The notes beneath the pieces are model-generated. The model saw only the letters and a list, made by a program, of their open reading frames with translations. It searched no databases and was not told the DNA's origin. A stretch of DNA of 64,000 nt from Candidatus Altiarchaeota archaeon (GTDB taxonomy: Archaea > Altiarchaeota > Altiarchaeia > IMC4 > QMZM01): positions 31,629 to 95,628 of the forward strand of contig JAWAEV010000003.1 of NCBI GenBank assembly GCA_038891095.1, written 5' to 3'. Below are positions 49,928 through 59,195 of the stretch, piece by piece. How positions within the stretch are numbered: the stretch's first letter is position 1; each line of letters opens with the position of its first letter. The position numbers and the translations under genes are program-made.

Positions 49928-50033
49928 ATCAGATGATTTCAGTATTATGTAATAATTCTATAAGGAGAAGAGTAAATAAAATATGAAATTTTATCTGTAA
50001 TGATCAAAATGCTAAATTGTTATAGAATGCCTG

Positions 50034-51050
50034 TTAGATGAAAACCCCATCAATCTTGGCTCCACAATTTGGGCATTTCCCTTTTTCAATTTTATTTTCT
50101 AGAACATCAAAAATGAATCTCTTTATTAACAATTCCTTGCAATTATAGCAATAGGTATTTTCTCCAACATCGCCAGGAATGTTTCCTGAGTATACATATC
50201 TTAACCCGGAATCTAAGCCAATCTCCCTTGCTCTATGAATTTTTTCTATTGGTGTTGGTGGGAGGTCTAACAGTTTATAGTCAGGATGAAATCTTGATAT
50301 ATGCCATGGAGTTTCTTCTCCTAATTCATCTTTAATAAAATTTGAAATTTCTTTTAGTTCCTCTTCAGAGTCATTTAGTGTTGGTATTAATAATGTTGTG
50401 ATTTCAACCCATACTCCCATTTTTTTCATTAATTTTAAAGAGGATAAAACAGGCTCCAAATGAGCTCCACATATCTTCTGATAAAATTTTTCAGAAAAAC
50501 TTTTAAGGTCAACATTTGCAGCATCTATGAACCCTTCAGAGTAACGAAGCATTTCTTCTGTCATATAACCATTTGTCACAAAATTGTTGTACAAATTTTC
50601 TCTCTTTGCGAGTTTTGAAACATCAAGGGCATATTCAAAAAAAATAGTAGGTTCTGTGTAAGTGTAGGAAATACTTTCACACTTATATTTTTTTGCTAAA
50701 TTTACAATTTCTTCTGGCATTAAATCTTGACCTAAAATTTTAGCACCTTTTCCTTTTGATGCTTGACTTATATCAAAATTTTGACAATTTTTACAAGAGA
50801 AGTTACAGCCAACAGTTGCTATAGAATAGGACATTGTGCCTGGTAGGAAATGGTAAAGTGGCTTTTTTTCTATCGGGTCTATATGAGAAGCAATAACTTT
50901 TCCATAAACTAAGGAATAGAGTTTACCATCTATGTTCTCTCTAACACTGCAAATACCTCTTTTACCTTTCTGTATTTTGCACCTATGTGAACATAGGTTA
51001 CATCTCACAGTATCATCTCCAACTTTCTCATATAACAAAGCTTCTTTCAT
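50034..51050 (-). CDS. AmmeMemoRadiSam system radical SAM enzyme
   Basis: C.LC.H.C, DPIEKKPLYHF.PG, GCNF.C.NCQN..ISQ, YTY.EP, SRFHP, C-terminal Zn ribbon. Confidence 0.93.
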   Translation of the reverse strand: MKEALLYEKVGDDTVRCNLCSHRCKIQKGKRGICSVRENIDGKLYSLVYGKVIASHIDPIEKKPLYHFLPGTMSYSIATVGCNFSCKNCQNFDISQASKGKGAKILGQDLMPEEIVNLAKKYKCESISYTYTEPTIFFEYALDVSKLAKRENLYNNFVTNGYMTEEMLRYSEGFIDAANVDLKSFSEKFYQKICGAHLEPVLSSLKLMKKMGVWVEITTLLIPTLNDSEEELKEISNFIKDELGEETPWHISRFHPDYKLLDLPPTPIEKIHRAREIGLDSGLRYVYSGNIPGDVGENTYCYNCKELLIKRFIFDVLENKIEKGKCPNCGAKIDGVFI

Positions 51051-51092
51051 TCTTTCATTATATCTTTATTCTTTGTTTATATATAATTGAAA

Positions 51093-51635
51093 ATGGAATT
51101 TGAGAGATTAAATTTCTTTTCTCTATTCTTGAGCATAATAGCGGTTGCAGGGCTAAGAGTTTTAATGGCATCATTACCAAATGTTGAGCCAATAATGCTT
51201 TTTACTTTATCGATTGCACTTGTTTTTGGGCCTATCACAGGATTTATTTTTGGTTTAGGAGCAATGTTTATTTCAGATTTTTTTATTATTGCTGGACCTT
51301 GGACATTATATACTTCAGTTTCTTATGGTATAGTTGGTTTAATCTCTGGATTTTTAGGAATTTTTAAAAAGAGTTGGAATAGAAAGGAGTTAACTTTCTT
51401 ATCTTTTGCTATGACAATATTCTATGATTTTATAACTGCAACATTTTTCTCATTTGAATTTTTCATTCCTTTAAAAGCTGTGTTGATAGCCCAAATTCCA
51501 TTTACATTGCTCCACTTAAGTAATTCAATATTTGTATTCTTCTTTGCGCCTTATCTAATGAAATTTTACTCAGAAACAAAAGATTTCTCTTTAATGATTT
51601 TTCTAAGGGAAATTAAAAAATTTTATATAAAATGA
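51093..51635 (+). CDS. ECF transporter S component (CbrT-like, possibly cobalamin)
   Basis: R.....LPNVEP, G...MF.SD....GPWT, YD..T, PF..LH..N. Confidence 0.8.
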   Translation: MEFERLNFFSLFLSIIAVAGLRVLMASLPNVEPIMLFTLSIALVFGPITGFIFGLGAMFISDFFIIAGPWTLYTSVSYGIVGLISGFLGIFKKSWNRKELTFLSFAMTIFYDFITATFFSFEFFIPLKAVLIAQIPFTLLHLSNSIFVFFFAPYLMKFYSETKDFSLMIFLREIKKFYIK

Positions 51636-52210
51636 AAAAGTCTTCATTGTTTTCGTTGTTATTTTTTATCCTCATAATTACTTTTGTATCTGCAGATGTC
51701 GGATTAGTTGTTGAGTTTCCAGATGGCAATGTCCATACTAGTTGTGTTAATATAACTAAGAGTGAAAATGGTAGAGCAATTCTTGAAATTGCGAATTTAA
51801 GTCCTTCTGGAACAATGCATAAACAATACGGCTTCTTCTTGAAATGTATAAAAAATTTTTGTGATGGTAATGGAAAATTCTGGAGTTTTAGTTTAATTCT
51901 TCCAGAGAAAAATGAATGGATACATTCACCTGTTGGTATCGGTCCTGGCGGAGATTTAAACAATTTTTGCTGGAATCGGAATTTAGACTCATTTGATGGA
52001 CATTATTGCTCTCACGATGGTGATGTTATTGGATTTTCTCTGAATGAAAAATTCCCAAAAAAATTTTCATTTACCGAGCTATGTGGCGAGAAAAAAAGTA
52101 AAGAGGAGATATTAAGAGATGATAGAGAAAACAGAGATGTCCTGTCATTTTTGATATCCTCAATTATAAATTTATTTTCATCAATTGTGAGAAATCTAAC
52201 AAATTTTTAG
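51632..52210 (+). CDS. Secreted DUF4430/transcobalamin-C-like domain protein
   Basis: Signal peptide; GLVV.F.DG, YG.F...I, FW.F, W..S.VG, DGDVIG; ATGA-coupled to the S component. Confidence 0.6.
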   Translation: MKKSSLFSLLFFILIITFVSADVGLVVEFPDGNVHTSCVNITKSENGRAILEIANLSPSGTMHKQYGFFLKCIKNFCDGNGKFWSFSLILPEKNEWIHSPVGIGPGGDLNNFCWNRNLDSFDGHYCSHDGDVIGFSLNEKFPKKFSFTELCGEKKSKEEILRDDRENRDVLSFLISSIINLFSSIVRNLTNF

Positions 52211-52244
52211 CAACTTATTAAAATTTATTCTAATCTTTAAGATA

Positions 52245-53654
52245 ATGGAGAAAGTTTCTATCTTAGTTGTTAGCTATGGATCAAGAGAAGTTGCAATTGT
52301 TGATGCACTTGCAAGAAGCAGAAATTATGATGTGAAATTTTATATTGCAGATAAACAGAAAAATCCTTTCAATTTTAAAATTGCTGAAGAGCATATTGTT
52401 ATACCTGATTTAGATGTTGAGAAAATTTTTGATTTTGCAAAAAAATTTAAGGAGAAGATTGACTTTTGCATAGTTAGTTCAGAAGCTCCAATAATCTCTG
52501 GTATAAGAGATAGAATTGAAACTCTTAGGATTCCAGTAATATGTCCAAAAAAAGAATTTGCTTTAGAGGAAAGTAAAGTAAAGCAGAGAATTTTATTGCA
52601 AGAAATATGTCCAGAGGTAAATCCAGAATTTAAAGTTTTTGATCCTGAAAAAGATGGAAAAACTGATGAAGTAAAGAAGAAGGTTTTTTCATGGCTTGAT
52701 GAACTTAATAATGAGGTTGCTGTTAAGCCAGATAAACCTGGCTATGGCAAGGGTGTTGGTGTATGGGGTGATCACTTCAATTCAAGAGAAGAAATTTTCA
52801 GGCATTTTCTCTCAATTTATGAAAATAAAGGCAAGGTTATAATTGAAAGGAAGATAGATGGTGAGGAATCATCATTTCAGGCATTTTGTGATGGTAAAAG
52901 AATTTTACCTTTACCAGAAACAAGAGATTATAAAAGGGCATTTGAAAATGATTTAGGCCCAAATACAGGTGGTATGGGATGCTATAAAGATAGTGAAGAA
53001 TTTTTACCATTTATGACAGAGAGGGATAGAGAAAAAGAAATTGAAATTGCTGAAAGAATTTTCAAGAAATTTCTTATCAAAGGAAAGAATGATGCTCTCC
53101 GTGGTTTGCCTTTTTATATTGCGTTTATGCATAGCTCCGATGGCTTAAAAATTCTTGAGATCAATTCAAGACCCGGAGATCCTGAGATAATAAGTATACT
53201 GCCTATAATAAAAGACGATTTTGTTGATATTTGTTTTAAAATGATTTATGGCAATTTAAGAAAAATTGAAATTGAAAAAAAGGCAACAGTTGTTACTTAT
53301 AAAGTTCCACCAAGCTATGGTGGATTCTCAGAAAAATTTCCTGAAAAGGTTTTTAGAGATGATATTTGTAAGCCTATAAATTTAGAGGACGCCTATGAGC
53401 TTACAAAAAAGGAAAATTTGAGAATATATCCTGGCTCATTGGAGCTTAGAGATGATGGAAAATTTTATGCTTTAAGTTCAAGAACTGTTGCAAGTGTTGG
53501 CATTTCTGATACAATAGAAGAAGCAAGAGAAATTTCATTAAAAGGAATTAATGCAATAAAAGGAGGGGCTTTATGGTTTAGGAGCGATATTGCATCAAAA
53601 GAGCATATAGAAAGAAGTATCAAACATATGAGAAAATTGAGAAAATGTCATTAA
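52245..53654 (+). CDS. purD: Phosphoribosylamine-glycine ligase
   Basis: G.RE.AI, LE.SK, GKGV, E...GEE.S, DYKRA...D.GPNTGGMG, E.NSRPGDPE, RSDI. Confidence 0.93.
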   Translation: MEKVSILVVSYGSREVAIVDALARSRNYDVKFYIADKQKNPFNFKIAEEHIVIPDLDVEKIFDFAKKFKEKIDFCIVSSEAPIISGIRDRIETLRIPVICPKKEFALEESKVKQRILLQEICPEVNPEFKVFDPEKDGKTDEVKKKVFSWLDELNNEVAVKPDKPGYGKGVGVWGDHFNSREEIFRHFLSIYENKGKVIIERKIDGEESSFQAFCDGKRILPLPETRDYKRAFENDLGPNTGGMGCYKDSEEFLPFMTERDREKEIEIAERIFKKFLIKGKNDALRGLPFYIAFMHSSDGLKILEINSRPGDPEIISILPIIKDDFVDICFKMIYGNLRKIEIEKKATVVTYKVPPSYGGFSEKFPEKVFRDDICKPINLEDAYELTKKENLRIYPGSLELRDDGKFYALSSRTVASVGISDTIEEAREISLKGINAIKGGALWFRSDIASKEHIERSIKHMRKLRKCH

Positions 53655-54382
53655 TAAAAGAACTTTTGGAAGAAAGGAAAAGGGCATTGCATTTTACCTT
53701 AATTGACCCTGAAGACCAAAGTATAGAGGAAGCTGGGAAGAGAGCGAAATTATGTGAGGATTTTGGTACAGATGCAATAATGGTTGGTGGTTCTACAATA
53801 AAAGAAAGTAAGATAGTTGATGAAACTATAAAGGAAATAAAGGAAAATTCTTCCTTACCAGTAATTCTTTTTCCAAATTCCGCAACAGCAGTTTCGCAAT
53901 ATGCAGATTATATTTTTTTTATGTCAATGCTCAACTCAAAAGAAAGAAAATATCTATTAGAGGAGCAACTAAAAGGTGCATTGTTAGTAAAAAAATTTAA
54001 GTTGAAAGTTATCCCTTTAGCATATCTTGTCATAAGCACGAGTGTTATGAAAACAGAAGTTGAGAGAGCATCTGAGCTTGATATTATAAAAATTTATGAT
54101 ATACCCAAAGCATTGAATTATGCACTTATTGCAAAATATTTTGGATTTAGTTGCATTTATCTTGAGGCAGGCTCAGGAGCAGAGCATCCGATTGCAAATG
54201 AAATGATCTACGAAATTAAAAAAGAGGTCAGGATTCCAATAATTGTTGGTGGGGGTATAAGAAATGCCAGAGTTGCAAGAGAAAAAGTAAAAGCTGGTGC
54301 AGATGTTATTGTCACTGGTACAATGGCTGAGGAAAATTTAGAGAAAGTTAAAGAAATAATTCAAGCAATTAAGAAATTTTAA
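53645..54382 (+). CDS. Geranylgeranylglyceryl phosphate synthase
   Basis: HFTLIDP, DAIMVGGS, PVILFP, YLEAGSGA, VGGGIR, GAD.IVTGT. Confidence 0.94.
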   Translation: MSLIKELLEERKRALHFTLIDPEDQSIEEAGKRAKLCEDFGTDAIMVGGSTIKESKIVDETIKEIKENSSLPVILFPNSATAVSQYADYIFFMSMLNSKERKYLLEEQLKGALLVKKFKLKVIPLAYLVISTSVMKTEVERASELDIIKIYDIPKALNYALIAKYFGFSCIYLEAGSGAEHPIANEMIYEIKKEVRIPIIVGGGIRNARVAREKVKAGADVIVTGTMAEENLEKVKEIIQAIKKF

Positions 54383-55035
54383 TAAGGTGGTTTACAAGTT
54401 CCACAAGCAGTATAGTTTTTTGATTTCGCGTCTTCTACACTTGAAAAGCATATTATATTCTCAGCTTTTATATTTTTTGCATATCTACACCAACAGTAAT
54501 GATATTTATCAGAACTTTTAGAACCAACAAATTTAGTTCCTTCTGGGCAACCAAATAATGAAACGCATAGATTTTCTTCTAAGGTAGTTGTTGTTATAAC
54601 TTTTGTTGTTGTGGTTTGAGTTGTTGTAGTAGTTTCAATTTGTGTAGTTATACTTGTTGTGGTTGTCATTGTAGTTACTCTTGTGGTAGTTAATTCCTTA
54701 GTTGTTTTTATTTTTGTTGTAGTAACTCTTTCAATTGGCGGAGTAGTTGGAATGTCATTTCTTGTAAGGTTTTGAGTTATAATACCTGAGGTTCTTATCG
54801 TAGTGGTTAAAATTTTGTTAATAGTTCTGCATTCCTCAGCAGCATTAACAATTTCTCCATCATAACAAATGTATTTTGTTATATTAATTATTTTCTTTTC
54901 AATTATTGGACATTCTCTTGGGTTGGATACTATACTGCTGTCATGACAAACATACATCAGCTTTATTTTTTCTTTTTCTATAATGCAAGAACTAAGAAGA
55001 ATAAAAACAAAAATAATGGCAAAAATTTTATTCAT
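54379..55035 (-). CDS. Putative lipoprotein: two YxCxD mini-modules, Thr stalk, C-terminal Ada-like Zn-binding domain
   Basis: LLSSC lipobox; FVGSKSSDKYH...C..A..I...N...F.S..DA....Y..C..C.P; ATG at 55035 preferred. Confidence 0.82.
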   Translation of the reverse strand: MNKIFAIIFVFILLSSCIIEKEKIKLMYVCHDSSIVSNPRECPIIEKKIINITKYICYDGEIVNAAEECRTINKILTTTIRTSGIITQNLTRNDIPTTPPIERVTTTKIKTTKELTTTRVTTMTTTTSITTQIETTTTTQTTTTKVITTTTLEENLCVSLFGCPEGTKFVGSKSSDKYHYCWCRYAKNIKAENIICFSSVEDAKSKNYTACGTCKPPY

Positions 55036-55036
55036 G

Positions 55037-55747
55037 TTAAAAATTAAATGGTAAAAAATAAAAGAAAACAATGGAGAAAATTCCACCAAGAAGAGTTGCA
55101 ATGAAATTTGTCATATGTTTATCAATTAGATTTCTTTCTATTGTTGCCCCTATCAAACTATCAATCATACATCCAATAATGCCAGATAGAGTGCCATACA
55201 TCAGAAATGATTTTTCATTAGAGAAAATAAAAGAGATAAGTGAAATTAAGAAAGATCCAATTATTGCAGCAAAAATTCCTTGCAGAGAAATAGCTCCTGG
55301 AGTGCCAACGTTTACCTTTTTTAAATTTGTTATAAGTTTTGGATTTTTTTCATGAGCTTGTCCTATCTCTGTTGCAAATGTATCAGAGGTTGCAGTTGCC
55401 ATTGCACCAATGAAAGCAATCTGAAAAATCTGCGCTTTTGTTATGTAATAAAAAATTGAGAAGATTGTTGCAGCAGCACCATTACCAAAAACATTCTTAA
55501 ATGTCCTAACACCTTCAGAAACACCTTCAGATTCTTTTATTTTTTGTTTATATATCGTAGCTAAATTTCCCAAAATGAAAAATGAAATCATAAGTAAAAG
55601 GTAAGAAATTTCAATTGTAAAAACAACAATTAAGCCTATAATTGCACTTGCAAAAACTGCGCTTAGATCTATCTTCTTTTTTATATAAGCATAAATTAAA
55701 ATAAAAGTTGCTAAGAAAATAACTACTATATAAGTAAAAAGATCCAT
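55037..55747 (-). CDS. DUF92 (TMEM19/VTE6-like) membrane protein
   Basis: R...NV.GNG, A.ATSDTFATEIG, V..GT.GA.S..G, DSL.GAT.E, NF.AT. Confidence 0.93.
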   Translation of the reverse strand: MDLFTYIVVIFLATFILIYAYIKKKIDLSAVFASAIIGLIVVFTIEISYLLLMISFFILGNLATIYKQKIKESEGVSEGVRTFKNVFGNGAAATIFSIFYYITKAQIFQIAFIGAMATATSDTFATEIGQAHEKNPKLITNLKKVNVGTPGAISLQGIFAAIIGSFLISLISFIFSNEKSFLMYGTLSGIIGCMIDSLIGATIERNLIDKHMTNFIATLLGGIFSIVFFYFLPFNF

Positions 55748-55777
55748 TATTCTAAACTTTGGATTTTTTAGATAAAT

Positions 55778-57199
55778 TTAGATACTAGAAAACAAATTTT
55801 CATCTTGTATGTAATTTTTCCCCAATTTTAGAGCAATTTCAGCTTTTGCAAGCTCTTTACCAAGATATGCAGCATGCTCAATGCTCTTAACGAGATTTTT
55901 TGATAAAATTTCTTGATAAAGAGGAATCGCTTCTTTACCAATAAATCTCATCTTTGGAATTCTTTTAAGGTTTTCATATAAAAGCACATTTATTTTTGAG
56001 TCATATATAAAAATTCTGAAAAATTTTTTTTCAAGTTTTTCTTTTTTCTTTTTCTTTACTACTATTGTTTGAACTTTTTCCAAATCATCAAATTTAAACT
56101 CTAATTTTTCTTTGTCCTTTAAGATAAGCAGATCAATTCCTAAGTCTTTTGGTGCTTGTGAGAGAATTTTTGCAGCTTGCATCATTTTCACAGCTTTAGA
56201 AACTTCACTTACAGAATTTTTTGTTTTGTTGCTTGCTTCAGTTGTGAGTAAAAATTCAATATTTAGCTCTGAAGCAATTCCAACAAGAAGTGCATTAATT
56301 CCAACGGAATCTGCATCAATTAGTTCAGTTACATTCCCTATACCCATCATCATCCTAACATTTGGATATTTTTCCCTGAATAAAATGAAAGCTTTTAGTG
56401 ATTCTGAAAAGTTAACTCCTAAAGGATCAAGAATTAGATCAACAATAAAATTTTTATTAATCTGCTTAAGTTTTTCCATAAGTCTCTCAACTATTGTTAT
56501 TCTGTCAATAGCTTTTTTTGCTATAAAACCCTTTTCATCTCTTGGTATTATAACAAATGGAACTTTCAGATTTTTAGCAATTTTATAGTTCGAAATATCC
56601 AAGCTTATAATAAGATCAATCCCGGACTCTGAAGCAGATAATATTTCATTTTCATTTAGAGTGTCAATACTTAACTTAAGCTTTGTGTTTTTTCTTAAAA
56701 TCTTAATTATTTTTTCAATTTTTTCTGAGTTGTCTTCATTTGCAACCATTCCAATGTCAATAATATCTGCACCACTTGCTTCATAGTATTTTGCCCTTTC
56801 TATTAACTCTTTTTCAGTTAATTTTGGTGCATCGACAATTTCTGCAATAATATGCGAAAATTTATAAAAATTTAAAGGTTTTCCAATTTGCTTTTTTTTC
56901 ATAAATCTTGGAATTTCAAGAAATGATTCTGGTCCTTTTACAACTTTTATTTTGAACTTTTTTTCAATAACAGAAAAGTCACCTTTTACCTTACCTGGAA
57001 GAATAATTTTGTTGAAATTACTAAGATTTTTCTCAGAGAATTCTTTCATTAAAATTTCTGGGGTTATAAATGATGCTACCTCAATATCGCAAACATGAAT
57101 ATCTGCAAAAATTTTATTCTCCCTCAAAATTTCTCTCAGACCCTTTTCAGCATTTTTACCAGTAACTAAAAGAATTTTATTTTTTTTCATCATCGTCAT
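55778..57199 (-). CDS. Archaeal dihydropteroate-synthase-like protein (pterin-binding barrel + DUF4346)
   Basis: LLVTG..A, AEIVDAP, GADIIDIG, SIDT, G.GNVTEL.DADS.G.N, TTE.S.K, HAAYLG.EL.KA. Confidence 0.9.
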   Translation of the reverse strand: MTMMKKNKILLVTGKNAEKGLREILRENKIFADIHVCDIEVASFITPEILMKEFSEKNLSNFNKIILPGKVKGDFSVIEKKFKIKVVKGPESFLEIPRFMKKKQIGKPLNFYKFSHIIAEIVDAPKLTEKELIERAKYYEASGADIIDIGMVANEDNSEKIEKIIKILRKNTKLKLSIDTLNENEILSASESGIDLIISLDISNYKIAKNLKVPFVIIPRDEKGFIAKKAIDRITIVERLMEKLKQINKNFIVDLILDPLGVNFSESLKAFILFREKYPNVRMMMGIGNVTELIDADSVGINALLVGIASELNIEFLLTTEASNKTKNSVSEVSKAVKMMQAAKILSQAPKDLGIDLLILKDKEKLEFKFDDLEKVQTIVVKKKKKEKLEKKFFRIFIYDSKINVLLYENLKRIPKMRFIGKEAIPLYQEILSKNLVKSIEHAAYLGKELAKAEIALKLGKNYIQDENLFSSI

Positions 57200-57226
57200 T
57201 ATTTATATTCAAATTTAATATCTAAT

Positions 57227-57523
57227 TTGAATCAAATGATAGAAATTCAGGAAAACTCTTTGGATGGAAGGATTTTAAAAATTCTCCTCAGAAAGTATCC
57301 TATAAGTTTCGATGAGTTGCACAAGAATCTAAAAATAAAAAAGCCTTTGCTTAAATTTGCAATCAGGAAATTACAACGGCAGGGTCTTGTGCATTTAGAG
57401 ATTTTACCTGAAAAAAGTTATATACGACTAAGAAGAACGAGTATAAGGTTTAAAAGCTTCAAAAGATCTAATAAAAAAATTGTAAAGCATAAATTGCGAA
57501 GAAAAGTTAGAATTTCTAAATAA
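57227..57523 (+). CDS. Small basic winged-helix protein
   Basis: IL..L...YPI...EL...L.I........+L...G.V.LE.LP. Confidence 0.65.
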   Translation: MNQMIEIQENSLDGRILKILLRKYPISFDELHKNLKIKKPLLKFAIRKLQRQGLVHLEILPEKSYIRLRRTSIRFKSFKRSNKKIVKHKLRRKVRISK

Positions 57524-57608
57524 ATTTTTAAATATATAACTCAGCAACTTATAAATTTATCCTTCAATATCATCTTATACCCAGTTTAATATAACTCTTG
57601 AACTTAAA

Positions 57609-59186
57609 ATGGCTAAATCAAAAATTAATGCAAGTGCGGCAACACTTTCTAAGAACAGAACACCTGGATCAGTATCTGCACTTAGTGGAATGTGTGCGAC
57701 ATGTATTGAAGGCTGCATAGGTATGTGTGAAATCGGTAAATCTGCATACCGTGGGCATGAAGTACTTTATCCACAACCATTTGGTGTGATAACTGCTGCC
57801 TCTGAAAAGGAATACCCAGTTGATTTTTCTCATTTCAATATAATGGGCACAACTGTGGGGGCATATGGAATAGAAGCTGATAGCAACAAAGCAATATTTT
57901 CAAATGTTAAAATTGAAACAAAAATTGGTAAAGAAAAGGACATAAAGCTGAGGATGCCCTTAATAATCCCTGCTTTGGGCTCAACAGAAATTGCAAAAAA
58001 TAACTGGGAGGGATTAGCAATAGGAGCAGCTTTGGCTGGAGTTCCTTTGACAATTGGTGAAAACGTTTGTGGTATGGATGAAAATGCTGAAATTGAAAAT
58101 GGAAAAGTTATCTCATCCAAGGACTTGGAATGGCGTGTAAATCTCTATAAAAAATGGCAGATTGATGGTTATGGTGCAATTGTTGTGCAAGCAAATATTG
58201 AAGATACAATGCTTGGAGTTCATGAATATGCAATTAAAAAATTGAATATTGATGCTGTCGAGCTTAAATGGGGTCAAGGAGCAAAAGACATTGGAGGAGA
58301 AGTAAAAATTAAAAATTTAAAAAAGGCACAGTTGCTAAAGAAAAGGGGATATATAGTCCTACCTGATCCATTTAATCCTGAAGTCATAAACGCATTTGAG
58401 AGAGGAGCATTTAAAGAATTTGAGAGGCATTCAAGAGTTGGCATGGTTGACAAGGACTCATTTATAAAAAGAGTTAATGAGCTTAGAGATGTCGGAGCTA
58501 AACATGTTTTTTTAAAAACTGGGGCATATCGCCCTGCAGACTTAGCAAGAGCAATTAAATTTTCTTCTCTTGCAGAGATTGATTTACTGACAGTAGATGC
58601 TGCTGGTGGTGGAACAGGAATGAGTCCATGGAGAATGATGAATGAATGGGGAGTTCCTCCAATAGAGTTGTTTTCACTGCTTTATAGATATGCTAAAAAA
58701 CTTGCAAGTAATAATTGTTATGTGCCTGATATCGCAATTGCAGGTGGGTTCTCATTTGAGGATCAAATTTTTAAGGGTCTTGCTTTGGGTGCTCCATATT
58801 TTAAATTAATCGGCATGGCAAGAGCACCTTTAGCAGCAGTTATGGTAGGAAAAACAATTGGTAAGAGCATTAGGGAAGGACAGATTCCTGGAGATATAAA
58901 AAATTTTGGAAGTAGCATAGAAGAGATTTTTGTTACTTCTACTGAACTTAAAGAAAAAGTAGGTAACAAATTTAAAGATATTCCTGCTAGTGCTCTTGGG
59001 CTTTATACTTATTTTGAAAGACTTTCTCAGGGCTTAAAACAGTTAATGTGTGGGAGCAGAAAGTTTTCCCTTAGTTATATATCAAGAGATGATATTGCAG
59101 CACTAACAAAAGAGGCATCTGAGATAAGTGGTATACCCTACATTATGGATATAGATAAGAAAGAAGTTGAAAAGATATTAAAGTAA
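57609..59186 (+). CDS. FMN-binding glutamate synthase family protein (stand-alone GltB FMN domain)
   Basis: N-terminal CxxCxxxCxxxC, ELKWGQGAK..GGE, LKTGAY, DAAGGGTGMSP, AGG. Confidence 0.9.
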   Translation: MAKSKINASAATLSKNRTPGSVSALSGMCATCIEGCIGMCEIGKSAYRGHEVLYPQPFGVITAASEKEYPVDFSHFNIMGTTVGAYGIEADSNKAIFSNVKIETKIGKEKDIKLRMPLIIPALGSTEIAKNNWEGLAIGAALAGVPLTIGENVCGMDENAEIENGKVISSKDLEWRVNLYKKWQIDGYGAIVVQANIEDTMLGVHEYAIKKLNIDAVELKWGQGAKDIGGEVKIKNLKKAQLLKKRGYIVLPDPFNPEVINAFERGAFKEFERHSRVGMVDKDSFIKRVNELRDVGAKHVFLKTGAYRPADLARAIKFSSLAEIDLLTVDAAGGGTGMSPWRMMNEWGVPPIELFSLLYRYAKKLASNNCYVPDIAIAGGFSFEDQIFKGLALGAPYFKLIGMARAPLAAVMVGKTIGKSIREGQIPGDIKNFGSSIEEIFVTSTELKEKVGNKFKDIPASALGLYTYFERLSQGLKQLMCGSRKFSLSYISRDDIAALTKEASEISGIPYIMDIDKKEVEKILK

Positions 59187-59195
59187 ATTAGCATG

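Noticed and set aside
49955-50028. 9-bp inverted repeat ATTCTATAA/TTATAGAAT upstream of cca
   Set aside because: AT-rich, short, with a long unstructured loop; not distinguishable from chance
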